This document shows, piece by piece, positions 1 to 8,855 of a stretch of DNA of 40,782 nucleotides (its first letter is position 1; every line of letters begins with the position of its first letter). The position numbers were made by a program, and so were the translations under genes. The notes below the pieces were generated by a model. It saw only the letters and a program-made list of their open reading frames with translations. It did not search any database and was not told where the DNA came from. Source of the DNA: Aeromonadaceae bacterium (GTDB lineage: Bacteria > Pseudomonadota > Gammaproteobacteria > Enterobacterales > Aeromonadaceae); assembly GCA_041595355.1 (NCBI GenBank), contig JBFHKO010000001.1:1-40782 (forward strand), given 5' to 3'.

Positions 1-697
1 AGGTCGGCCCGAAGGTGTACACCTTGGAGAGGGCACAGGCATAGGTTTCAACGTTCAGCTGGCCGGAGACGGTGAGAAAGGCCTCCTTGCCAAAGAAGTC
101 CTCGTTGAAATCGACGCGGCCATCATCGGTGCGTGGCAGGTTTTCCAGATCCAGGGTCGAGACGCGGAACATCTCGCCGGCCCCTTCGCAGTCGGAGGCG
201 GTGATGAGCGGGGTAGCAATCCACATGAACCCCTGCTCATGGAAGAAGCGGTGGATGGCCTGGGCCAGGCAGTTACGTACCCGGGTCACGGCGCCCATGA
301 TGTTGGTGCGCGAGCGCAGGTGGGCCTGTTCGCGCAGGTATTCGATGCTGTGACGCTTGGCTGCCATGGGATAGGTATCCGGATCTTCGACCCACCCCAC
401 CACCTTGACCTCGGTGGCCTGCAGTTCGAAGGCCTGACCGGTGCCCTGGGATTGCACCACGGTGCCGCTGACTTCCACCGAGCAGGCGGTGGTCAGATGC
501 AAAACCTCGTCCGCGTAGTTGGGCAGCGTATTGGGCACCACCGCCTGGATCGGGTCGAAACAGGAGCCATCGTGGACAGCCAGGAAGGAGATCCCGGCCT
601 TGGAATCACGGCGGGTGCGGATCCAGCCCTTTATGGTCAGGCTGCTGCCCAGGGCGTGCTGGCCCTTGAGCACCGCGGCTACGGAGGCATGCGTCAT
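1..697 (-). CDS. asnS: Asparaginyl-tRNA synthetase, N-terminal ~232 codons (gene continues past the left window edge)
   Basis: Absent from the ORF track because it is open at the edge. Hand translation of the minus strand from ATG 697-695 gives [53 protein letters not shown]...[32 protein letters not shown]...[24 protein letters not shown]...[29 protein letters not shown]. This is collinear with E. coli AsnS as I remember it. Confidence 0.93.
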   Translation of the reverse strand, partial: MTHASVAAVLKGQHALGSSLTIKGWIRTRRDSKAGISFLAVHDGSCFDPIQAVVPNTLPNYADEVLHLTTACSVEVSGTVVQSQGTGQAFELQATEVKVVGWVEDPDTYPMAAKRHSIEYLREQAHLRSRTNIMGAVTRVRNCLAQAIHRFFHEQGFMWIATPLITASDCEGAGEMFRVSTLDLENLPRTDDGRVDFNEDFFGKEAFLTVSGQLNVETYACALSKVYTFGPT

Positions 698-808
698 CTG
701 TTCTTGTTCTCCAACTTGTTGTATTGCCGGGCACGCCTGGCCCGGACTTTTCCGATCGCAACATCTTACCCATGTGGGGTCAGGACTCAAGAAAAGAATG
801 GCCGGCGG

Positions 809-1588
809 CTAGGGGCGGCGGCGCTGGCGAGCCTTGAGGCTCTCCATCAGTTGATTGAAGTTGTCGTTCAGGCGGCCGATTTCATCGTTTTGCTCCACCG
901 GCAGACGCTGGTTATGGTCCTGCAGATCGGTGGCCCGCTCCATGGCCAGGCTGATGCGCTTGAGGGGGGTGACGATGCGCCTGTGGATGATGGCCAGTGC
1001 CAGCAGCAGGCCGGCGCCGAAGATGAGGCTCAGGATGAGCGCCGAGGTAAGGATGTGCTGCTCCACCTTATCCAGCTGACTGTCGAGGGAGAATTCAATC
1101 CTGACGGCGCCCAGCACCTCGCCCTCCCGGGCTTGATGACAGCCCAGGCAGTCGGTGCCGCGAAAGTCGCGGCTGGCGGTGAAGGGGCGCACGACTATGA
1201 GGCGGGTGTTGCCGTTCTCCTGGATCACTTCGCTGCTGCCCACGCCGGCCAGGGCCTGGTGATCGCGGGCATCCAGCGGCGGGCGGGTCTCCGGGCCGGG
1301 GCCATATTGGCGTGCGACCGACTCCCCCCGCAGCACCCGGGCGTCCAGAACATGTGGGTGGGCGGTCATCTTGCTGCGCAGGGTCTCATGCTGGCTCATG
1401 GTTCCGGTCAGCATCATGATGTTGAGGCCATCAAAATAGGACTGGATCTGGTAGTCCACCTGCTCCTCGCTCATCGTCAGCAGCAGCTGCCGGTCGCGCG
1501 TTGCCTGGTAGAGGGTGGTGCTGATGAGCACCAGCGAAAAGAGGATGAGCAGGATGAAGCAGATCTTGCCGGCTATGGACACGCGCAT
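809..1588 (-). CDS. Membrane sensor-like protein: TM - periplasmic domain with c-type haem motif CXXCH - TM - HAMP, with no output domain
   Basis: 259-aa ORF. Hydrophobic segments ICFILLILFSLVLISTTLY and ILTSALILSLIFGAGLLLALAII flank a ~150-aa loop containing TDCLGCHQ (Cys147/Cys150/His151, nt 1136-1150). The C-terminal RRIVTPLKRISLAMERA...NDEIGRLNDNFNQLMESL looks like a HAMP domain. The ORF ends a few residues later. Confidence 0.7.
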   Translation of the reverse strand: MRVSIAGKICFILLILFSLVLISTTLYQATRDRQLLLTMSEEQVDYQIQSYFDGLNIMMLTGTMSQHETLRSKMTAHPHVLDARVLRGESVARQYGPGPETRPPLDARDHQALAGVGSSEVIQENGNTRLIVVRPFTASRDFRGTDCLGCHQAREGEVLGAVRIEFSLDSQLDKVEQHILTSALILSLIFGAGLLLALAIIHRRIVTPLKRISLAMERATDLQDHNQRLPVEQNDEIGRLNDNFNQLMESLKARQRRRP

Positions 1589-1715
1589 GGGGGAGATGAA
1601 GACTCGGTGAGGGCAGCAATACCCACAGTCTAAACAGCCGGGCCGGCGAGATGAAGTGCTATCTCGAGCTTACTGCCAGGGCGCGTTCTGAAAAAGCATG
1701 GTCGGCTCTCGACAC

Positions 1716-1749
1716 GCTGAGCGGCAAACGGGTGCGGATGGCCGCTCAG
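1716..1749 (-). terminator. Weak hairpin downstream of bioA
   Basis: gctgagcggc ... gccgctcagt, 9-10 bp stem with a 15-nt loop and no U-tract. Confidence 0.3.
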
Positions 1750-1756
1750 TTTCCCG

Positions 1757-3028
1757 TCATCGCAGCTCGTCGAGTGCCGCGCCTATGGCCGCGGTCAGGC
1801 GGCTCAGCTGCGCAGGCTCGATGACATAGGGTGGCATCAGGTAGATGAGGCGGCCGAAGGGGCGGATCCAGACGCCCTGCTCGACGAAACAGGCCTGCAG
1901 GCGCGCCATGTCCACCGGCTGGCGGGTTTCCACCACCCCGATGGCCCCCAGCACCCGTACCTCGGCCACCGCCGGGTGGTGGCGGTAAGCGGCCAGTTCG
2001 CTCTCGAGCTGGGACTCGATGGCCGCCACCCGTGCCTGCCAGGGGCAGGCCAGCAGCAGATCGATGGCTGCCGTCGCCACCGCGCAGGCGAGGGGATTGC
2101 CCATGAAGGTGGGGCCGTGCATCAGCACGCCGGCCTGGCCTTCGCAGATGCCGCGCGCCACCTTGTCACTGGTCAGGGTGGCGGAGAGCGTCATGTAGCC
2201 GCCGGTGAGGGCCTTGCCGAGACAGAGGATATCCGGGCTGATCCCTGCCCAGTCGCAGGCAAACAGCCGGCCGGTGCGGCCGAAGCCGGTGGCGATTTCG
2301 TCGGCGATGAGCAGCACCTGATAGCGATCGCACAGTGCTCTGGCCTGGCGCAGGTATTCGGGATGGTAGAAACGCATGCCGCCGGCACCCTGGACGATGG
2401 GCTCCAGGATCAGGGCGGCGATCTCCTGATGCTTTGCCGCCAGCAGCTGCTCAAGCGGCGCCATCTCGTCGGCATCCCAGCTTCCGCCAAAGCTTGCCTG
2501 CGGCGCCGGCACGAAATAGTGCTCGGCCAGAAAGCCCTTGTAGAGGCTGTGCATGCTGCCGTCGGGGTCGGTGACGCTCATGGCGCCGAAGGTATCGCCA
2601 TGGTAGCCGTGCCGCAGGGCCACAAACCGGCTGCGCGGGGTGCCCTGGCTGTGCCAGTACTGCAGCGCCATCTTCAAGGCGACCTCGACGGCCACCGAGC
2701 CCGAGTCGGCCAGAAAGACCCGCTCCAGCCCCTGGGGCGTCAGCTCGACCAGCCGCCGGCAGAGGCTGATGGCCGGCTCATGGGTCAGGCCGCCGAACAT
2801 CACATGCGACATGGCCTCCAGCTGGCCTTTGGCGGCGGCGTTCAGCTCGGGCACATTGTAGCCATGGATGCAGGCCCACCAGGAGGACATGCCGTCGACC
2901 AGCTGCCGGCCATCTTCCAGCTCCAGCATGACGCCCTCGGCGCGGCGTACCGGATAAACGGGCAGCGGCCGGGTCAGGGAGGTGTAGGGATGCCAGATGT
3001 GGTCTCGGTCAAACTGCAAATTGGTCAT
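1757..3028 (-). CDS. bioA: Adenosylmethionine-8-amino-7-oxononanoate aminotransferase
   Basis: 423-aa [20 protein letters not shown]...[15 protein letters not shown]...[19 protein letters not shown] (class III PLP aminotransferase, BioA-type N-terminus). Divergent from bioBFCD as in E. coli. Confidence 0.95.
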   Translation of the reverse strand: MTNLQFDRDHIWHPYTSLTRPLPVYPVRRAEGVMLELEDGRQLVDGMSSWWACIHGYNVPELNAAAKGQLEAMSHVMFGGLTHEPAISLCRRLVELTPQGLERVFLADSGSVAVEVALKMALQYWHSQGTPRSRFVALRHGYHGDTFGAMSVTDPDGSMHSLYKGFLAEHYFVPAPQASFGGSWDADEMAPLEQLLAAKHQEIAALILEPIVQGAGGMRFYHPEYLRQARALCDRYQVLLIADEIATGFGRTGRLFACDWAGISPDILCLGKALTGGYMTLSATLTSDKVARGICEGQAGVLMHGPTFMGNPLACAVATAAIDLLLACPWQARVAAIESQLESELAAYRHHPAVAEVRVLGAIGVVETRQPVDMARLQACFVEQGVWIRPFGRLIYLMPPYVIEPAQLSRLTAAIGAALDELR

Positions 3029-3040
3029 TATCTGTCCTGA

Positions 3041-3072
3041 TGTAAAGCGGTTTTATTGTCATGCGGTTGACA
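3041..3072. promoter_or_regulatory. Putative BirA (bio) operator in the bioA/bioB divergent promoter region
   Basis: TGTAAAGC-N16-GGTTGACA. This is an imperfect inverted repeat resembling the TGTAAACC-N(14-16)-GGTTTACA bio operator, and it is centred in the 100-bp bioA-bioB gap. Confidence 0.55.
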
Positions 3073-3128
3073 GTCTATCGGCTGGGCTTAGACTAGCCAA
3101 GTCATTCACTTGAGCCGTCGAGAGCCCG

Positions 3129-4205
3129 ATGCACGCCGAAATTCGCCACAACTGGACCGTCGACCAGGTCCGCGCCCTCTATGAGTTGCCGTTCAACGAT
3201 CTGATGTTCGAGGCGCAGAGGATCCATCGCCAACATTTCAATGCCAACGAGGTGCAGGTCAGCACCCTGCTGTCCATCAAGACCGGGGCCTGCCCGGAGG
3301 ACTGCAAGTACTGCCCTCAGAGCGCGCGCTATCAGACCGGGCTGGAGGCGGAGCGGTTGCTGGAGGTGGAGAAGGTGATTCAGCGCGCCCGGGAAGCCAA
3401 GGCGGCTGGCTCGTCCCGCTTCTGCATGGGCGCCGCCTGGCGCAACCCGCGGGATCGCGACATGCCCTATCTGCTGCGCATGATTGAGGAGGTACGGGGC
3501 CTGGGCATGGAGACCTGCATGACCCTGGGGATGCTGAGCGCGGATCAGGCCCGCCAGCTGGCCGAAGCGGGCCTCGACTACTACAACCATAATCTGGATA
3601 CCTCGCCCGAGTATTACAACGAGATCATTACTACCCGCAGCTACGCCGATCGTCTCGACACCCTGGCCCATGTGCGCCAGGCGGGCATGAAAGTCTGCTC
3701 CGGCGGCATCGTCGGCCTCGGCGAGACGGCGCGCGATCGGGCCGGATTGCTGGCGCAGCTGGCCAACCTGAGTCCGCAGCCGGAGAGCGTGCCTATCAAC
3801 ATGCTGGTCAAGGTACCGGGGACGCCGCTCGAGGAGCAGGCCGAGGTGGATCCCTTCGATTTCATTCGTACCATAGCGGTGGCGCGCATCATGATGCCGG
3901 CGTCGCACGTGCGCCTGTCGGCCGGACGCGAAAAGATGAACGAGCAGATGCAGTCGCTCTGTTTCCTGGCCGGCGCCAACTCCATCTTCTATGGCTGCAA
4001 GCTGCTGACCACGGCCAATCCAAGCGAAAACAGCGATATGCAGCTGTTTGCCCGTCTCGGCATCCGGCCGGAGCCGCGCAGCCAAAAGCCTGATGTGATG
4101 CAGGAGCAGGCATTGATGGAAGCGGTGCTGGAGCAGGAGCAGGAGGAGAGCAGCCTCTTCTACGATGCCACCAAGACCCGCGCCCGGGATCGCAATGCCC
4201 TTTGA
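3129..4205 (+). CDS. bioB: Biotin synthase (radical SAM)
   Basis: 358 aa. Radical-SAM motif [10 protein letters not shown], plus [12 protein letters not shown] and other BioB-typical blocks. Confidence 0.97.
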   Translation: MHAEIRHNWTVDQVRALYELPFNDLMFEAQRIHRQHFNANEVQVSTLLSIKTGACPEDCKYCPQSARYQTGLEAERLLEVEKVIQRAREAKAAGSSRFCMGAAWRNPRDRDMPYLLRMIEEVRGLGMETCMTLGMLSADQARQLAEAGLDYYNHNLDTSPEYYNEIITTRSYADRLDTLAHVRQAGMKVCSGGIVGLGETARDRAGLLAQLANLSPQPESVPINMLVKVPGTPLEEQAEVDPFDFIRTIAVARIMMPASHVRLSAGREKMNEQMQSLCFLAGANSIFYGCKLLTTANPSENSDMQLFARLGIRPEPRSQKPDVMQEQALMEAVLEQEQEESSLFYDATKTRARDRNAL

Positions 4206-5340
4206 TCTGAGCCGCGCCCTGGCCGAGCGCGCGGCGGCAGGGCTGGGCCGTCAGCGCCAGGTCCTGGAGTCGGGACAGGGGCGGCATATCCGCATTCGGG
4301 GACGCGAGTACCTCAACTTTTCAGGCAACGACTACCTGGGGCTGGCGGCGCGTCCCGAGCTCATCCATGCTTGGCAGCAGGGCCTGGCGCGCTGGGGGGC
4401 CGGTTCTGGCGCCTCGCCGCTGGTGACCGGCTACAGCCAGGCGCATGCCGAACTCGAGGCGACGCTGGCCGAGTGGCTGGGGGTGGAGGCGGTGCTGCTT
4501 TTTTCCACCGGCTTTGCCGCCAATCAGGCGGTACTCAAGGCGTTGCTGAATGAGCATCACCTGCAGTGGCAGGATAGGCTCAATCACGCCTCGCTGCAGG
4601 AGGCCGGCGCGCAGTCGCCGGCCAGGCTGCGCCGGTTTCGTCATAACGATATGGCGCAGCTGGCCGGTCAGCTGGAGCCCGAGCGGGGCCTCATCATCAG
4701 CGAGGGCGTGTTCAGCATGGATGGCGATCAGGCCCCCTGCGAGGAGCTGGTACGCCTGGCCCGGGAGAGCCGCAACTGGCTGATGCTGGATGATGCCCAT
4801 GGCCTGGGCGTGCTCGGGCGCGAGGGACGGGGCACCCTGGACAGCCAGGGCCTGGCCGGCAGCGATGTGCAGATCCTGATGGCCACCTTCGGCAAGGCGC
4901 TCGGCTGCGCCGGCGCCATGGTAGCCGGCAGCCGCACTCTCATCGACTACCTGCTCAATTTCGCCCGCGACTATGTCTACAGCACCCATTTTCCGCCCGC
5001 CCAGGCCGAGGCGCTGCTGGCGGCCATCCGCTGGGTACGGCAGGCGGACGCCGAGCGTGCGCACCTGCAGACGCTGATCGACCGCTTTCGTCGGGGTGCC
5101 GCCCGTCTGGGGCTTACGCTTGGCGATTCGCAAACGGCCATACAGCCGCTGATGATAGGGGATGCCCGGGCAGCCGTGGCGCTGGCCGAGCGCCTGCGTG
5201 GGCAGGGCATCTGGGTGACGGCCATCCGCCCGCCCACCGTGCCGGCTGGCACGGCGCGGCTGCGGCTGACCCTGACGGCGGCCCATGATGAACAGGATGT
5301 TGATCGACTGCTGACGCAGCTGGAGGGGTGTGATGCCTGA
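4195..5340 (+). CDS. bioF: 8-amino-7-oxononanoate synthase
   Basis: The ORF frame opens at 4165. I prefer ATG 4195 ([14 protein letters not shown]...), which overlaps the end of bioB. PLP-dependent alpha-oxoamine synthase blocks are present ([19 protein letters not shown]). Confidence 0.92.
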   Translation: MPFDLSRALAERAAAGLGRQRQVLESGQGRHIRIRGREYLNFSGNDYLGLAARPELIHAWQQGLARWGAGSGASPLVTGYSQAHAELEATLAEWLGVEAVLLFSTGFAANQAVLKALLNEHHLQWQDRLNHASLQEAGAQSPARLRRFRHNDMAQLAGQLEPERGLIISEGVFSMDGDQAPCEELVRLARESRNWLMLDDAHGLGVLGREGRGTLDSQGLAGSDVQILMATFGKALGCAGAMVAGSRTLIDYLLNFARDYVYSTHFPPAQAEALLAAIRWVRQADAERAHLQTLIDRFRRGAARLGLTLGDSQTAIQPLMIGDARAAVALAERLRGQGIWVTAIRPPTVPAGTARLRLTLTAAHDEQDVDRLLTQLEGCDA

Positions 5341-6115
5341 GTGGCAATTGGTGGTCGACAAGCAGGATCTGGCGGCGCGCTTTGGCAAGGCCGCCGGGGA
5401 ATACGACAGGCATGCCCAGTTGCAGCAGGCGGTTGGCGAGGCGTTGCTGGCCACTATTCCGCAACGAAATTATCCGCTTGCGTTGGATCTGGGATGTGGA
5501 ACCGGATTTTTTCTGCCAAAACTGAGACCCTTGTGTCAGCAGCTGTTGGCACTGGATCTGGCGCCGGGCATGCTGGCTGCGGCGCGCCGGCGACTGCCGG
5601 ATCCCTGGCTGCTGTGCGGGGATGCCGAGCAGCTGCCGCTGGCGGATGCCAGTGTCGACCTGATCTTCTCCAGCCTGGCCCTGCAGTGGTGTGCCAGACC
5701 GGCGCAGGCCTTTCGCGAGCTGCATCGGGTGTTGAAACCGGGTGGGCTGCTGGTGTTTTCCACCCTGACGGCGGGCACCCTGACCGAGTTGCGGCAGGCC
5801 TGGCAGCAGGTGGATGCGCTGGATCACGTCAACCGTTTCATCGAGCTGGCCGAATTACGGCTGCGGGTTGAACAGGCAGGATTCACTGTGCAGCAGTGGC
5901 ACTCCGTTGCTCACCGGTTGTACTACCCGGGCCTGCCGGAACTGCTGAAAAGTTTGAAGGGCATAGGTGCCAACCAGGTCGGCGGCCGGCGTGCCGGTGG
6001 TCTGGGTGGACGGCAACGCTATGCCGGACTGGAGCAGGGCTATGCCCGCTTCCGCGATACCGACGGGCGCTTGCCTGTGACCTATGACGTTTGCTATGGA
6101 GTGCTGTGCCGATGA
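5333..6115 (+). CDS. bioC: Malonyl-ACP O-methyltransferase
   Basis: SAM-MTase motif LDLGCGTGFF, and its position between bioF and bioD. ATG 5333 is preceded by GGAGG (5322-5326). The track starts one codon earlier at GTG 5330. Overlaps the bioF stop. Confidence 0.85.
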   Translation: MPEWQLVVDKQDLAARFGKAAGEYDRHAQLQQAVGEALLATIPQRNYPLALDLGCGTGFFLPKLRPLCQQLLALDLAPGMLAAARRRLPDPWLLCGDAEQLPLADASVDLIFSSLALQWCARPAQAFRELHRVLKPGGLLVFSTLTAGTLTELRQAWQQVDALDHVNRFIELAELRLRVEQAGFTVQQWHSVAHRLYYPGLPELLKSLKGIGANQVGGRRAGGLGGRQRYAGLEQGYARFRDTDGRLPVTYDVCYGVLCR

Positions 6116-6792
6116 CCAAAACTTTCTTTGTGACCGGAACCGATACCGATGTCGGCAAGACGGTATCAACGGCGGCGTTGCTGAAGGCCGCAACCAGACT
6201 GGGCCTTAAAAGCGCAGGCTTCAAACCGGTGGCCGCCGGTTGTGATCTGATGGATGGCCAGTTGCTCAACCAGGACGTGTTGCAGCTGCAGCGCGCCTCC
6301 AGTGTCAAGCTGGACTACGAGCAACAGGTGGGTTATGCCTTCGAGCCCCATATTGCCCCCCATATTGCCGCCGAGGAGTCGGGACGCATCATCAAGCTGG
6401 ATGTGCTATCCCAGCGCCTTCAGGTGCTTAATGACTCCGGAGCCGAAGTGGTGTTCGTCGAGGGTGCGGGCGGCTGGCGCATTCCCATCGGACATGGTCA
6501 TTTTCTTTCCGATTGGGTCAGGCTCGAGAACTTGCCGGTGATCCTGGTCGTGGGAGCCCGCCTGGGCTGCCTGAACCATGCGCTGCTCACCTATGAAGCC
6601 ATTCATCGTGACATGCTGAACCTGGCCGGCTGGTGTATCAACCGCATCCATCCCAACATGAGCCACTACCAGGCCAATCTGGAGACCCTCAAGAGCCTGC
6701 TGCCGGCGCCCTTCCTCGGTGAAATCCCCTACCTGTCGCGCCCTTTCGATTCGGATCTGGGCCAATATCTGGATCTCTCGCCTCTGCTCTGA
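6112..6792 (+). CDS. bioD: Dethiobiotin synthetase
   Basis: MTKTFFVTGTDTDVGKT P-loop N-terminus. ATGA overlap with the bioC stop (6112-6115). The track ORF starts upstream at 6091. Confidence 0.93.
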   Translation: MTKTFFVTGTDTDVGKTVSTAALLKAATRLGLKSAGFKPVAAGCDLMDGQLLNQDVLQLQRASSVKLDYEQQVGYAFEPHIAPHIAAEESGRIIKLDVLSQRLQVLNDSGAEVVFVEGAGGWRIPIGHGHFLSDWVRLENLPVILVVGARLGCLNHALLTYEAIHRDMLNLAGWCINRIHPNMSHYQANLETLKSLLPAPFLGEIPYLSRPFDSDLGQYLDLSPLL

Positions 6793-6830
6793 GGTGGCCG
6801 GACCCAGCTCCGTTACGGACGCATGCCTGC

Positions 6831-6870
6831 AAGGTGTCGAAAAATTAACGTTTTCGACACCTTTATTTTT
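6831..6870 (+). terminator. Rho-independent terminator of the bio operon
   Basis: aaggtgtcgaaaa / ttttcgacacctt, 13-bp perfect stem, 7-nt loop, followed by tattttt. Confidence 0.85.
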
Positions 6871-6881
6871 CACCTCGCTTA

Positions 6882-6908
6882 CTTGAAATCTGCCGGTGCG
6901 CCCATATG
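6882..6908 (+). promoter_or_regulatory. Sigma-32-like heat-shock promoter upstream of htpX
   Basis: CTTGAAA-N12-CCCATAT resembles the sigma-32 consensus CTTGAA-N13-17-CCCCATNT. htpX is a heat-shock regulon member in E. coli. Confidence 0.5.
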
Positions 6909-6944
6909 ATGAGCCTTGAGAGTGTTCATCCCCAAGGAGCTTGA

Positions 6945-7826
6945 ATGAAACGTGTCTTGTTGTTCCTCGCGACCAACCTGGCGGTAGTACTGGTACTTTC
7001 CATCGTTCTCAACCTGTTGTCCGGTGTTTTCGGCATCAACCGGCAGGGTATGGGCGGATTGCTGTTCTTTGCCGCCATCTTTGGCTTCGGCGGCTCCATC
7101 ATTTCGCTGCTGATCTCCAAGTGGATCGCCAAGCGCACCTACGGGGTGCAGATCATCGAGCAGCCACGCAGCGAGATGGAGCACTGGCTGCTCAGCACGG
7201 TCCAGCGTCAGGCCAGCCAGGCCGGGATCGGCATGCCCGAGGTGGGGATCTACGATGCACCGGATATGAATGCCTTTGCCACCGGCGCCAAGCGCAATGA
7301 TGCCCTGGTGGCGGTCAGCTCCGGCCTGCTCTACAACATGAGCCGCGACGAGGCCGAAGCGGTGCTGGCCCATGAAGTCAGCCACATCGCCAACGGCGAC
7401 ATGGTGACCCTGACCCTGATCCAGGGGGTGGTGAATACCTTCGTCATTTTCCTGGCCCGGGTCGTGGCCGGCCTTATCAGCAACGTCTTCCGCTCCAATG
7501 ACGAGGAGCAGAGCAGCGTTGGCGGCGGCCTGGCTTACATGGGCATCGTCATGGTGCTGGAGATGGTATTCGGTCTGCTGGCTTCCATCATCGTCATGTG
7601 GTTCTCCCGTCAGCGCGAGTACCGGGCCGATGCCGGCGCCGCCAGCCTGGTGGGGGGCGAGAAGATGGTGGCGGCCCTGCAGCGGCTGGCGCGCGGTCAG
7701 GACTCCCAGCTGGAGGGCAGCATGATGGCCTTCGGCATCAATGGCAAACACGGCATGAGCGAGCTGTTTCTGAGCCACCCGCCCATCGAGAAACGCATCG
7801 CGGCCCTGCGCGGTCAGCCACGCTAA
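6945..7826 (+). CDS. htpX: Membrane zinc metalloprotease HtpX (M48B)
   Basis: 293 aa. [21 protein letters not shown]..., HEVSH zinc motif, RBS AAGGAG at 6934-6939. Confidence 0.95.
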   Translation: MKRVLLFLATNLAVVLVLSIVLNLLSGVFGINRQGMGGLLFFAAIFGFGGSIISLLISKWIAKRTYGVQIIEQPRSEMEHWLLSTVQRQASQAGIGMPEVGIYDAPDMNAFATGAKRNDALVAVSSGLLYNMSRDEAEAVLAHEVSHIANGDMVTLTLIQGVVNTFVIFLARVVAGLISNVFRSNDEEQSSVGGGLAYMGIVMVLEMVFGLLASIIVMWFSRQREYRADAGAASLVGGEKMVAALQRLARGQDSQLEGSMMAFGINGKHGMSELFLSHPPIEKRIAALRGQPR

Positions 7827-7852
7827 GCGCTCGCCGACACTCGTGATAACCC

Positions 7853-7886
7853 AAGGCCACGCCACTGCGCGTGGCCTTGTTATTTG
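7853..7886 (+). terminator. Terminator after htpX
   Basis: aaggccacgc / gcgtggcctt, 10-bp stem, 6-nt loop, then gttatttg. Confidence 0.65.
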
Positions 7887-7951
7887 AGCGACGCAGCCTT
7901 GGCGGGCAACTATGCTTGGAGCAATAACTGCGGCACTGCCAAGGAGGCGCA

Positions 7952-8371
7952 ATGGAATCCATTCTCGTCAAAGACTACATGAATCGCCGACCGGTGATCT
8001 TCAGCCCCGAGGAGAGCATCTTCGAGGCCATTCAGCATCTGCTCAACAGTGGCTTGACCGGTGGGCCCGTGGTGGATTCGGAGCAGAAGCTGCTGGGGTT
8101 TTTATCGGAGCAGGATTGCCTGGCCAAGGGGCTGGAGGCGTCCTATTACTGCGAACGCATCGCCCAGGTGGCCGAATTGATGCGCAGGGACGTGCTGACG
8201 GTCTCGCCGGAGCTCAGCATTATCGAGCTGGCCCAGCAGATGCAGCAGAACAAGCCCAAGGTCTACCCGGTGGTGGATGAGGATGACGTACTGCTTGGGG
8301 TCATCACCCGGCGGGATGTGCTGCGCGCCATCGAGCATCATTTGCGCAGCTGCTTCAAGCATCCGCAGTGA
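7952..8371 (+). CDS. Stand-alone CBS-pair domain protein
   Basis: 139 aa. Two CBS-like repeats (VKDYMNRRPVIFSPEESIFEAIQHL...GGPVVD and ELMRRDVLTVSPELSIIELAQQM...YPVVDEDDVLLGVITRRDVLRA). Confidence 0.85.
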   Translation: MESILVKDYMNRRPVIFSPEESIFEAIQHLLNSGLTGGPVVDSEQKLLGFLSEQDCLAKGLEASYYCERIAQVAELMRRDVLTVSPELSIIELAQQMQQNKPKVYPVVDEDDVLLGVITRRDVLRAIEHHLRSCFKHPQ

Positions 8372-8395
8372 GGCCTTGCCGCGCCCGCCACCTGC

Positions 8396-8671
8396 TCAGC
8401 TGCGGTAGAGCACCTTGATGAGATGAAAACCGAATGAGGTCTTGATGGGGCCCTGCACCTGCAGCAGCGGCCCCTTGAATACGGCCTCGTCGAAGGGGCG
8501 CACCATCTGACCGCGAGAAAATTCGCCCAGGTCGCCGCCGCGCTTGCCGGAGGGGCACAGGGAGTGACGGCGAGCCAGCTCGCCAAAATGCGCCCCCTTG
8601 GCCAGCTTGCGTTGCAATGCTTCGCACTCGGCGCGGGTCTTGACCAGAATATGAACGGCAGCGGCTTTCAT
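8396..8671 (-). CDS. ppiC: Parvulin-type peptidyl-prolyl cis-trans isomerase C
   Basis: From ATG 8671: MKAAAVHILVKTRAECEALQRKLAKGAHFGELARRHSLCPSGKRGGDLGEFSRGQMVRPFDEAVF...FGFHLIKVLYRS, collinear with E. coli PpiC. The track ORF is extended 19 codons upstream. Confidence 0.92.
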   Translation of the reverse strand: MKAAAVHILVKTRAECEALQRKLAKGAHFGELARRHSLCPSGKRGGDLGEFSRGQMVRPFDEAVFKGPLLQVQGPIKTSFGFHLIKVLYRS

Positions 8672-8855
8672 GGCAGGCCTCGGAAAATGGGTGGGCCACG
8701 ATTGTAAGGGCCTGCTGCCGGGATGCAAAATGTTTGTGGCGATCTCGCATCTGCGGGTGGCGTTGTTCCAGCCGGCGCTGGAGCTATGCTACCATCTTCG
8801 GGTGTTGCCCCCAGTCCGCAACCGGAGTAGCCCATTGTATTGCAAGCTAATTTAC

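Noticed and set aside
239-1633. 464-aa plus-strand ORF spanning asnS and the HAMP gene. Similar long ORFs occur at 3102-4085(-), 4321-5454(-), 6879-7952(-), 8847-10244(-), 13004-14020(-), 14852-16120(-), 17406-18215(+), 18240-19082(+), 19088-20215(+), 20143-21666(+), 25201-26085(-), 29184-29951(-), 32007-32810(+), 32862-33920(+), 35836-36384(-), 36590-37369(+) and 39399-40304(-).
   Set aside because: Each lies antisense to, or out of frame with, a gene whose product has clear family signatures. Their translations are Ala/Gly/Arg/Pro/His-rich low-complexity strings typical of stop-codon-poor alternative frames in high-GC DNA.
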